Shown: positions 40,426 through 49,450 of the stretch, one piece after another
How the letters are laid out: the number at the start of each line of letters is the position of its first letter
How positions within the stretch are numbered: position 1 is the first letter of the stretch
Made by a program: the position numbers and the translations under genes
Notes under the pieces: generated by a model
Database searches by the model: none
Told to the model about the DNA's origin: nothing
What the model saw: the letters and a program-made list of their open reading frames with translations, nothing else
Assembly (NCBI GenBank): GCA_008080735.1
Contig: SHMW01000014.1
Coordinates: 1-64,000 of the forward strand
From: Promethearchaeota archaeon
GTDB taxonomy: Archaea > Asgardarchaeota > Lokiarchaeia > Sigyniarchaeales > SOKP01
Reading direction: 5' to 3'
DNA: 64,000 nt

Positions 40426-40443
40426 ATTTCTATTTTTTTAGAG

Positions 40444-41277
40444 ATGGTTTTAATGTTAAAATTATTAGTATTTGGACCTTCTGGGTCTATGGGAACACTT
40501 ATATCTCGATTAGCTTTACAAGATGAAGAGATAAAAATAGTTGCGGCTTGTGATGTAAAAAATATAGGTGAGAAATTAGCTGACGTCATTGGGAGTTCAG
40601 ATCCCAATAATATTATCATAACTGATAGTACGGATCTTGATAAAATCATTAAAGAAACCCAACCTGATGTTGCGGTTGACTTTACAGTGGCAGAAGCAAC
40701 AGAAGCAAATTCAATAATATGTGTTGAGAATGGTATCTCATGTATAATAGGTACGACGGGATTATCCGAGGAATTCCTAATTAAATTCAAAACCAAGGTC
40801 GAGGAAAATAATGTTCCCGCGGTTTTATCCTCCAATATGGCTACTGGGGTCAATGTGTACTTTAAAATGATTTCAATTATTTCAAAATACCTTCAAGATT
40901 GGGATATAGAGATTATCGAAGCGCATCATCATCGGAAAGTTGATTCACCTAGTGGGACGGCTCTGACTCTCGGGGAAATCATTTCTGAGGCCATTAATTG
41001 TGATTTTGACGAAGTGGCAAAATTTGGTAGAGATAAAGGCCCAAATAAGCGTGAAATCGGAGCGAAAAATGAGATCGGCGTTCATTCAATAAGGGCGGGA
41101 GATATTGTGGGAGATCATATCGTACTCTATGCTGGCTCGGGCGAGAGGATCGAGTTCAAACATCAAGCTCATAGTAGAGATTGCTTTGCCACCGGAGCAA
41201 TAAAGGCTATAAAATTTATTGTAAACCAAACAGAGCCGAAAATTTTTGAAATGAGGGATGTCTTGTCTTTAAGATAA
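40444..41277 (+). CDS. dapB: 4-hydroxy-tetrahydrodipicolinate reductase
   Basis: GTTG; IEAHHHRKVDSPSGTA; RAGDIVGDH. Confidence 0.96.
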   Translation: MVLMLKLLVFGPSGSMGTLISRLALQDEEIKIVAACDVKNIGEKLADVIGSSDPNNIIITDSTDLDKIIKETQPDVAVDFTVAEATEANSIICVENGISCIIGTTGLSEEFLIKFKTKVEENNVPAVLSSNMATGVNVYFKMISIISKYLQDWDIEIIEAHHHRKVDSPSGTALTLGEIISEAINCDFDEVAKFGRDKGPNKREIGAKNEIGVHSIRAGDIVGDHIVLYAGSGERIEFKHQAHSRDCFATGAIKAIKFIVNQTEPKIFEMRDVLSLR

Positions 41278-41429
41278 ATTTTTTTTTTAAAATCTTTTTT
41301 TCATTTATTCTAATGCTGATATCCACTATCTAATTTTAATTAGATAGTAATGAATCAAAGAATTTTTTTGGAAATGCTCATTACAATAATTATTGAATTT
41401 TTTGTCTTTTTATTGATGTGAATTTTTTC

Positions 41430-42926
41430 ATGGAAAATCATGGGATTAAAGATTTTATCGAGACTTATTATAGCCTTATTTTAATTATAGCTATTATAAT
41501 ATTGGTTTCACTAACAAATCTTGTTAATTTTTTGTTATTCCATACTATTACAGAGCTTTTTAGTATTGTTATTGCGATAAGTATTTTTATTCTTGGGTGG
41601 CATACTCAACAATATACAAACTCACAGTTCTTTATTCGGTTCGGAATCGGTGCGGTTTTTGTTGCGATAATAGATTTACTGCATACTCTTTCTTATGAAG
41701 GTTTGGGTATTTTTAGACAATATGATGCCAACCTTCCTACTCAATTATGGATCTTAGGGCGTTATATACAATCGAGTTCATTTATTATTGCTTTAATCCC
41801 TTTCTCCATTAAAAAAGATCATTATTACTTAATTCTTCTTTATGGTATTGCTAGCATAATGCTCATAACTAGCATTTTCACTGGAATTTTTCCCGACTGT
41901 TATATTTCGGGTATAGGGCTGACACCTTTCAAAATCATTAGTGAATATATAATAATTTTGCTTCTCGCGATTGCTATACTCATACTCTATTTGGAAAAGA
42001 GGAACTACTCAAAGGATCTCTCTATATTAATCAGTTTATCTCTCCTCTCAACTATTGTATCAGAATTCGCATTTACTTTATACATTAATGTCTATGGTTT
42101 TTCTAATTTCATTGGACATATTTTTAAGATTTTATCCTTCTTTTTTATCTATGTTGGGGTTATCCAGATAGGATTAAAAGATCCAATGCGAGTTTTATTT
42201 AGACAGCTAAAAGAGAGAGAAGAATCGCTAAATCAAGCCTATAATCGTACTAATTTTTATAAAAATTTATTTGCACACGATATAAATAATATTTTCCAAA
42301 ATATTCTCTCCTCCTTGGAACTTTACGATTTGGAGGGAAAAAATATTGAGAAATATCATGATAGTATAAAAAATCAATTAATTCGAGGAAATAAATTAGT
42401 TAAAAATGTGATAAAACTTACCGAGCTTGATGAATATAAAGAAGAATTAAAAAAGATGAGTCTTCACCAAGCACTCGAACATGCGATCTCATTTTTAAAG
42501 GAAAGCTATTCTAACAAAAGTATTAAAATAGATTTAAATCTTCCTGAAGAACCAATAAAGATACAAGCTAATGAACTCATAAACGATATTTTTGAGAACA
42601 TTTTAATCAATGCGGTCAAATATAATCAAAATAATCTTATAAAAATTAAGATAAAGACTTCGATAATAACTAAGAAAAACCAGCAGTATTCTAAAATACA
42701 GTTCATTGATAATGGAATTGGAATACATCCTTCAAGGAGAGAAGAAATTTTTAAAACGGACATCCAAAAGACTTCAAAAACAAAAGGATTGGGTTTGGGA
42801 CTTTCCCTCGTAAAGAAAGTAATCGAGCTCTATAATGGAGATCTTTGGGTAGAGTCTCGAGTGGAAGGTGAGTATGAAAAAGGAAGTAATTTTGTCCTTA
42901 TCATACCGCTAGCTGAAGAGAAATAA
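41430..42926 (+). CDS. MASE3-domain membrane sensor histidine kinase
   Basis: FLLFHTITELFSI, DLLHTLSYEG, GLTPFKIISEY, GHIFK (MASE3); HDINNIFQN; DNGIGI. Confidence 0.9.
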   Translation: MENHGIKDFIETYYSLILIIAIIILVSLTNLVNFLLFHTITELFSIVIAISIFILGWHTQQYTNSQFFIRFGIGAVFVAIIDLLHTLSYEGLGIFRQYDANLPTQLWILGRYIQSSSFIIALIPFSIKKDHYYLILLYGIASIMLITSIFTGIFPDCYISGIGLTPFKIISEYIIILLLAIAILILYLEKRNYSKDLSILISLSLLSTIVSEFAFTLYINVYGFSNFIGHIFKILSFFFIYVGVIQIGLKDPMRVLFRQLKEREESLNQAYNRTNFYKNLFAHDINNIFQNILSSLELYDLEGKNIEKYHDSIKNQLIRGNKLVKNVIKLTELDEYKEELKKMSLHQALEHAISFLKESYSNKSIKIDLNLPEEPIKIQANELINDIFENILINAVKYNQNNLIKIKIKTSIITKKNQQYSKIQFIDNGIGIHPSRREEIFKTDIQKTSKTKGLGLGLSLVKKVIELYNGDLWVESRVEGEYEKGSNFVLIIPLAEEK

Positions 42927-42947
42927 GAGCAAATTCTGTTAATATCT

Positions 42948-44261
42948 TTAATTAAGATGTTTTGGAACTTTTTGTTTCTTGATAAGATCCTTAAATTCCT
43001 CAGCTTCACGAATAATATAGGATTTTTTACCCTTTATCAATACTTCAGGTGCTCTTGGTCTGGAATTATATACACTTGACATAACAAAACCATAGGCTCC
43101 TGAATCAAGGATTGCCAAATAGTCTTCTTCAATCGGCTCTGGAAATTTTCTGTTCTTCCCCAATATATCTCCAGATTCACATATTGGTCCCGCAATGTCA
43201 TATTCTTTTACATCCGAATTTTCATGTATCTGACAAGGAATAATATGATGATAAGAACCATACATAGTTGGTCTGATTAAAGTATTAAAACCTGCATCTA
43301 CCCCGAGGAATTTTTTATACCCATTATCCTTTTTTGTATTGATTTGAGTGAGAATAATTCCAGCTTCAGCAACAATGAATCGACCAGGTTCAATTTTTAT
43401 TACAGGTTTGCCTATCTTATGCTGCTCAAGCAAATCTACCATTGGCTTAATAACGATTTCTTTATATTTATCTAAATCCAGTGGTTCTTGTTCGGGATTA
43501 TATGGAATTCCTAATCCCCCTCCAAAATCTATGAACTCGAACTTAATATCAAGTGTGTCTGCTAAATTCATTACAATATCAATATATTTCCCAATTGCTT
43601 TTTCATAATCGGTTGCATCAATAATCCCAGATCCTATATGAATATGTGTACCAAATCGAGTAAATCCATAATCTTTCGCTTTTTTATATGCTTCAATAAC
43701 TTGATTATTTAATATTCCGAACTTAATTTCTCTTCCCGCGGTAATTGTATGTGCGTGATGTCCCGCCCCAAATTCAGGATTGATCCTAAATGAAATCGCA
43801 CCTTTCTCTTTCCCCAAATCTTCATAAATTCTCGTCAATCTGTCTAACTGGCTAATGCTATCTAAGTTAATACCAACACCATTCTCAATAGCGTATCGAA
43901 AATCTTCATTAGTAAACATATTTCCAGTATATAATATCTTATCCGACGGAAATCCCGCTTTCAAAGAAAGAAAAACCTCCCCAGCAGAACTACAATCTAC
44001 ACTGGCACCTTCAGAATTAAGGATCTTAAGCACAGAGAGGTTTGAGTTTGCTTTAACTGCATAATGAATCTCATTATTCGTATATACGGAATCCAAGAGC
44101 TCTTTCAGAACGTTATATCTCTCTCTGATTATAATTTCATTTATAACATATACAGGAGTTCCATATTGCTCAGCTAAATCATTACATCGGATATTACCGT
44201 AAAAAAGCTCATTGTTTTTGTACTCAAGATCTTTTCTTTTTAACCAATCTTTTTTATTCAT
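42948..44261 (-). CDS. lysA: Diaminopimelate decarboxylase
   Basis: YAVKANSN; HIHIGS; EPGR; GPICESGD; YNSRPR. Confidence 0.96.
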   Translation of the reverse strand: MNKKDWLKRKDLEYKNNELFYGNIRCNDLAEQYGTPVYVINEIIIRERYNVLKELLDSVYTNNEIHYAVKANSNLSVLKILNSEGASVDCSSAGEVFLSLKAGFPSDKILYTGNMFTNEDFRYAIENGVGINLDSISQLDRLTRIYEDLGKEKGAISFRINPEFGAGHHAHTITAGREIKFGILNNQVIEAYKKAKDYGFTRFGTHIHIGSGIIDATDYEKAIGKYIDIVMNLADTLDIKFEFIDFGGGLGIPYNPEQEPLDLDKYKEIVIKPMVDLLEQHKIGKPVIKIEPGRFIVAEAGIILTQINTKKDNGYKKFLGVDAGFNTLIRPTMYGSYHHIIPCQIHENSDVKEYDIAGPICESGDILGKNRKFPEPIEEDYLAILDSGAYGFVMSSVYNSRPRAPEVLIKGKKSYIIREAEEFKDLIKKQKVPKHLN

Positions 44262-44319
44262 TTTAAAATTTTTTAATTATACTTATTTTTGATTAAACCA
44301 ATATAAGGTACAAAATATT

Positions 44320-45207
44320 CTAGAATTCAAGTTGTTTTATTTGGCCTATAAAAACCCTTTCTACGGGTCCTTCCATAAGAACATTTTCTCCATCGAAACT
44401 AATAATAAGATCCCCTCCATCATTATGGACAACCACTGATTCACCTCTTTTAAATTTCCCAAGGATCACTCCCGCCACAATGGAGGCACAACTACCCGTT
44501 CCGCAAGAATTGGTAATACCAACCCCTCGCTCAAAGACCCTTACTGTACATTCATGTGGTGAGATGACTTTCACAAATTCAACGTTAGTCTTATTTGGAA
44601 AGCGTTTATGAGTTTCTATCGCAGAACCATATTTATTCAAGTCATTATCATCTAATTGCTCGTCTACAAAAATCACCGCATGTGGATTTCCCATTGAAAC
44701 TGCTGAAATATTAAAAATCTTATCCAAGACGGGGAGAGCTTCGTTAATACATTCGAAGGAATCATTCTTATCAGGAATAATTGGAATTTCTTCACATTGT
44801 AATATAGGTTCTCCCATATTTATTTCCACGCTTGTCACCTCCTCAACTTCTGCTAGCTTTAATCTAGCATGGATAATACCCTTTAAAGTTTCAACATCAA
44901 ATTCTTGTGATTTTATGATATTATGTTCATAGATGTATTTAGAGAAACATCGAATCCCGTTACCGCACATCTCCGCCTCGGTTCCGTCATTATTAAAAAT
45001 TCTCATCTTAATTTCTGCTATTTGGGAATCACATACATATATTAGCCCGTCAGCACCGATAGAAAAATGCCATTCACAGAGTTTCTCCGCTAGTTTCGCC
45101 TTTTTATTTTCCGGAATTTGGAGTTCGAGATCATTCACAATAATATAATCATTCCCTAATCCGTGAAATTTTTCAAACTCAAAATTTTGTAGAATAAACC
45201 TTTCCAT
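44320..45207 (-). CDS. dapF: Diaminopimelate epimerase
   Basis: HGLGNDY; EMCGNGIRC; GNPH; ERGVG.TNSCGTG. Confidence 0.96.
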   Translation of the reverse strand: MERFILQNFEFEKFHGLGNDYIIVNDLELQIPENKKAKLAEKLCEWHFSIGADGLIYVCDSQIAEIKMRIFNNDGTEAEMCGNGIRCFSKYIYEHNIIKSQEFDVETLKGIIHARLKLAEVEEVTSVEINMGEPILQCEEIPIIPDKNDSFECINEALPVLDKIFNISAVSMGNPHAVIFVDEQLDDNDLNKYGSAIETHKRFPNKTNVEFVKVISPHECTVRVFERGVGITNSCGTGSCASIVAGVILGKFKRGESVVVHNDGGDLIISFDGENVLMEGPVERVFIGQIKQLEF

Positions 45208-45375
45208 ATTTTCAATTTTATAGTAGTAGTATAATTTATTAAAAATAGTTCCAAAAAAATTTCTATTATGGATTGAAACCTATTCTTGAATGTATGGTAA
45301 ATAAAAATTTAAGCAATTGATTATTTTCTAAATCAAAGATTTATCATTTAGAGACTTTCTTGTTGATTTAGAAAA

Positions 45376-46659
45376 ATGGGACTTACCATAACTGAAAAGA
45401 TATTACGAGATCACGCCCAAAATGACAAAGTGGTGGCTGGAGATTTCATCTTTGCCGATATTGACAAATGTTTGGCAAATGATATAACAGCACCTATTGC
45501 AATTGATGTATTCGAAGAAGTGGTAAAAGGAACTGATAAGACTGTTTTTGACAATGAAAAAATCATCCTCACGCCAGATCATTTTACTCCTAATAAAGAT
45601 GTTGAATCTGCTCAGCAATGTCAAATTATGAGGGATTTCGCTCATAAATACCATATCACAAATTATTTTGAGATGGGGAGAGTTGGTATTGAACATTGTC
45701 TTATCCCCGAACAAGGATTAGTCGTACCTGGTGATCTATTTATCGGAGCCGACTCACATACTTGCACATATGGTGCTTTAGGCGCTTTCTCCACAGGTGT
45801 GGGTTCCACAGACTTGGGAGTAGCTATGGCATTAGGGAAATGTTGGTTGAAAATACCCGAAACTATAAAATTCATCTATTCTGGGGATTTAAATAAATGG
45901 GTTTCAGGAAAAGATTTGATCTTGTATACAATTGGGCAAATCGGAGTCGATGGTGCGACATATAAGGCAATGGAATTTGCAGGAGAAGTTATAGAGAATC
46001 TTTCAATGGCAAATCGGTTTACTATATGCAATATGGCAATTGAGGCGGGAGGAAAAAATGGTATCATTGTCCCAGATAATATTACTAAAAAATATGTGGA
46101 CCAATTAGAATTAAATCAACTTAAATTTTATAAAAATGATAATGATGCGGAATATGAGGAAGTTTACGAATTTGATTGCGCTAAAATCGAACCGCAGGTG
46201 GCATATCCACACCTTCCGGAGAATACAAAACCCATATCTGAAGCCCATAATGATAGAATTAAACTCAATCAAGTGGTAATAGGATCATGCACTAATGGGA
46301 GATTGGAAGATTTAGAAATTGCCGCTTCTCTACTCAAGAATCGAAAAATTCATCCAGACATAAGATGTATTATAATCCCTGGGACGCAACAAATCTATTT
46401 GGAAGCAGTAAAACAAGGGTTGGTGGAGATTTTTCTTACGAGTGGAGCAATTGTTTCAACTCCTACTTGCGGACCTTGTCTTGGAGGACATATGGGTATT
46501 CTTGCTGCAGGAGAAAAAGCTCTATCCACCACAAACAGAAATTTTCTAGGACGTATGGGGCATATAGAAAGTGAAATTTATCTTTCCAGTCCAGCTATTG
46601 CCACTGCTTCTGCAATAACGGGATATATTACATCTCCCAAATATCTTGACAATCCTTAG
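45376..46659 (+). CDS. leuC: 3-isopropylmalate dehydratase large subunit
   Basis: DHF; GADSHTCT; GSCTNGR; CGPCLG; STTNRNF. Confidence 0.92.
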   Translation: MGLTITEKILRDHAQNDKVVAGDFIFADIDKCLANDITAPIAIDVFEEVVKGTDKTVFDNEKIILTPDHFTPNKDVESAQQCQIMRDFAHKYHITNYFEMGRVGIEHCLIPEQGLVVPGDLFIGADSHTCTYGALGAFSTGVGSTDLGVAMALGKCWLKIPETIKFIYSGDLNKWVSGKDLILYTIGQIGVDGATYKAMEFAGEVIENLSMANRFTICNMAIEAGGKNGIIVPDNITKKYVDQLELNQLKFYKNDNDAEYEEVYEFDCAKIEPQVAYPHLPENTKPISEAHNDRIKLNQVVIGSCTNGRLEDLEIAASLLKNRKIHPDIRCIIIPGTQQIYLEAVKQGLVEIFLTSGAIVSTPTCGPCLGGHMGILAAGEKALSTTNRNFLGRMGHIESEIYLSSPAIATASAITGYITSPKYLDNP

Positions 46660-46695
46660 ACTATACAATCAAAAAACAAAACTATTGATAAAAAA

Positions 46696-47193
46696 ATGAA
46701 TGGAATTGTATTAAAATACGAAGAAAAGAATATTAATACAGATCTGATAATTCCAGCACGATTCCTAAACAAATCGGATTTTGATCATCTCGCAGAGCAT
46801 TGTATGGAAGATTTAGACCCCAATTTCCATAAAAGAAAACAAGACTTAAATGCATCTATATTAGTTGGGGGTGCTAACTTTGGAAGCGGTTCAAGTAGAG
46901 AACAAGCACCTATTTCTCTCAAAGCGGCGGGAATAAAATGCATAATAGCACCATATTTTGCAAGGATCTTTTTTCGCAATTCGATTAATATTGGATTACC
47001 TATAATTGAATTTGTGGATATCTCTCAATTCTCAACGGGAGATCAGATAGAAATCTCCCTAGTGAAAGGTTTCATTAGAAATATCACTACTGATAAGGAG
47101 TTTTCTATTAAAAAAATGCCGCCATTCCTCAGAGAGATCATTTCTGCGGATGGACTTATCAATTATGCTAGAAGTAAGATAATCGAAATATAA
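46696..47193 (+). CDS. leuD: 3-isopropylmalate dehydratase small subunit
   Basis: NINTDLIIP; NFGSGSSREQA; FARIFFRNSINIG. Confidence 0.92.
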   Translation: MNGIVLKYEEKNINTDLIIPARFLNKSDFDHLAEHCMEDLDPNFHKRKQDLNASILVGGANFGSGSSREQAPISLKAAGIKCIIAPYFARIFFRNSINIGLPIIEFVDISQFSTGDQIEISLVKGFIRNITTDKEFSIKKMPPFLREIISADGLINYARSKIIEI

Positions 47194-47247
47194 ATATATA
47201 TAAAGATTATTTACTATAAACAAAGCGGTTATTAATTTTTTGGAAAA

Positions 47248-47775
47248 ATGAAACAGCGAATATTGATATTTGTCCTATTTATCTTACTCTTATTTATTCC
47301 CTTTGGTCATGTGAAAGCTTTCGAAGATGCCGTAGAGATAGAAGAAAATACTCCCGTTTTTTATTTGTTTAGCTTAGAGAAAGATGCGCCTCTCAATAAT
47401 ATCAAAATAGATATTTCAAGGGAAAAAAAAGGGAATATCTCTGTTTTCCTTTTTGATAGGAGACCGATGACTAGCTATATCACTCCAAATCAAACCTTAG
47501 ATGATGCGATCTTTTCGGATTCAATCAATTTCACTGAATCGGAGACCCCATCGCTGAATGTAACCGCGTCTGAGGCAAAAATCTACTACCTCGAGATTCT
47601 TATTTTTGCAAACGGGTCCGATATTTTATATGTCCAATCGAATAGAGAATTATCTCGCTATTATCTTCCCAGTATTCCTGGATTTCCCCTCGCAATTATG
47701 TTAGGTACGATTATTATCTCAGTATCAGTTCTATTCATCACCCAAAAAAGAAAGCTTAAAACTTCCACGATCTAG
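47248..47775 (+). CDS. Secreted protein with Loki-CTERM/PGF-CTERM-like sorting tail
   Basis: N-terminal signal peptide; C-terminal SIPGFP + TM + KRKLK. Confidence 0.75.
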   Translation: MKQRILIFVLFILLLFIPFGHVKAFEDAVEIEENTPVFYLFSLEKDAPLNNIKIDISREKKGNISVFLFDRRPMTSYITPNQTLDDAIFSDSINFTESETPSLNVTASEAKIYYLEILIFANGSDILYVQSNRELSRYYLPSIPGFPLAIMLGTIIISVSVLFITQKRKLKTSTI

Positions 47776-47859
47776 ATTTTTTAAATATTATACTATACCT
47801 TTTAAACTATTTTTTATTACTTTTCCGTAGTTCAATTTTGTAAAAAAAGTGATCTTAAG

Positions 47860-48642
47860 ATGGCGAAATTAAGTAAAAAACAGTATCTTCAAATTGGTAA
47901 TATATTAGCGGTAATTGGAACTATCGTGGTTAATCTTTTGGCAAATGTGATTCCTATTGGTGGCAATACAACAGGGGATTTAGCTGAGGATTATCCGAAT
48001 TTATTCGTTCCTGCGGGATATGTCTTTTCCATATGGTTCATTATATACGTACTAATTGTGATTTTTGCTGTCTATCAAGCAAAAGACCTGTTTAAATCGG
48101 AAAAGGAAGATCTTCCTTTTATTGAAAAAATCAGTGTATTTTTCATTATCGGAAGTCTTGGAAACATTACATGGATCTTTTTCTGGCATTATAAAGTGTT
48201 AATTGGAGCCTTGATTGCGATATTAATTCTGTTCCTCTCGCTGCTTATTATATACTGGAATTTGGAGATTGGTATTTCAGATGCTCCGCGAAATGAGAAA
48301 TTATATGTTCATTTACCTATAAGTGTGTATTTTGGATGGCTCACTGTAGCGACAGTAGCCCAGATCGTCGCTCTTTTGGTTGATTTAGGTGTACCTAGCT
48401 TTGGTATTCTTGCGGATTTTTTAACAGTTGTAGTGATAATTGTTGTTCTACTGCTCGCTCTTATAAACCTTTATACTAGAGAGGATATAGCATATAATTT
48501 AGTCATTGTCTGGGCTTCTATTGGTATATTTGTAAAACAGTTGCCCTCAAATCTATTAATTTCTATTACTGCACTAATCGCAGCTCTCATTGTCGGTATT
48601 TTTATCATATATTTAGTCTACAAGAAGTATATTAAAAAATAG
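47860..48642 (+). CDS. Tryptophan-rich sensory (TspO/MBR-related) membrane protein
   Basis: YPNLFVPAGYVFSIW; PISVYFGWLTVA; about eight TMs. Confidence 0.75.
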   Translation: MAKLSKKQYLQIGNILAVIGTIVVNLLANVIPIGGNTTGDLAEDYPNLFVPAGYVFSIWFIIYVLIVIFAVYQAKDLFKSEKEDLPFIEKISVFFIIGSLGNITWIFFWHYKVLIGALIAILILFLSLLIIYWNLEIGISDAPRNEKLYVHLPISVYFGWLTVATVAQIVALLVDLGVPSFGILADFLTVVVIIVVLLLALINLYTREDIAYNLVIVWASIGIFVKQLPSNLLISITALIAALIVGIFIIYLVYKKYIKK

Positions 48643-48863
48643 ACACATGGCAAAATCAAAATTTACCCCAATTCTTTTTCTTTTTTTCCTTTTTAAGACT
48701 AATTGTCAATTTAATGTTTTTTTCCCAGATAATTGGAGTCAGAATTGATGAAACCTAAAAATCTAACACCTATCTCTATAGGAGAAATAGAATAACTCAA
48801 AAGCTCACTTTCTTTTTATTATTATCTTAACTACTTTCCTATTGGTTAAGTTTTGTTTTTTTA

Positions 48864-49028
48864 TCAATATTCAATCTCAGCAATAATTTCAGGGTCTCCA
48901 CTCTCGGGATCATCTTCTACAATAATATCGAGCTTATATCCCTGTTCATTGAATTCTCTCTTCACATTGCTTAGATTGATATAAGTACAGTTCCCCTTAT
49001 TAAACACTATTTTATCTTTTATACTAAT
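48864..49028 (-). CDS. Unannotated 54-aa acidic protein, predicted ATT start
   Basis: GGTGAT (49039-49034), 5 nt, ATT AGT ATA AAA...; MSIKDKIVFNKGNCTYINLSNVKREFNEQGYKLDIIVEDDPESGDPEIIAEIEY, ending TGA TAA. Confidence 0.55.
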   Translation of the reverse strand: MSIKDKIVFNKGNCTYINLSNVKREFNEQGYKLDIIVEDDPESGDPEIIAEIEY

Positions 49029-49450
49029 ATCATATCACCATTTATTTTCATAATGACCTACTCTTATGAAATGATGTCCTGCAAATCATCAACTCATTTC
49101 TTAAGCTTAGGTGAGTCCTAATTTCCTTAATTCCTAAAAAAAAGGGTAACCTTTTAAACATTTCAAAATCCTACAAAGATCTCTACCTTATAGGGGACAG
49201 TGTAAAATATGCAAAATTTTATAAAGGAAGGTTTAGTCATTCAAAAGACTTCATAATATTCTGATCATGTGGATTTATAAGGAAATTAATGAATTTCGTA
49301 AATTTTAAAAACTTCAATTTTCCAAAAGCACTAAAAATTCCCAATTCCTTAAAGTCGTGATCTTACTACAACGATCAATTTTATATTTCATTCTTCAATT
49401 TCTTAACTATACCTATTACTATAACAAATAACAATAAAAAGTGATGAGAA

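Noticed and set aside
45376-47193. leuCD read as homoaconitase (AAA lysine pathway) because it adjoins lysine genes
   Set aside because: The neighbouring lysine genes are DAP-pathway genes, so isopropylmalate isomerase is the simpler call. Substrate range cannot be fixed from sequence alone.
48864-49097. Minus-strand frame ATG AGT TGA TGA TTT...TGG TGA TAT... read as a multi-selenocysteine protein
   Set aside because: The TGA contexts resemble no Cys/Sec motif and I saw no SECIS-like hairpin downstream. The third TGA is simply part of the SD GGTGAT for the ATT start.
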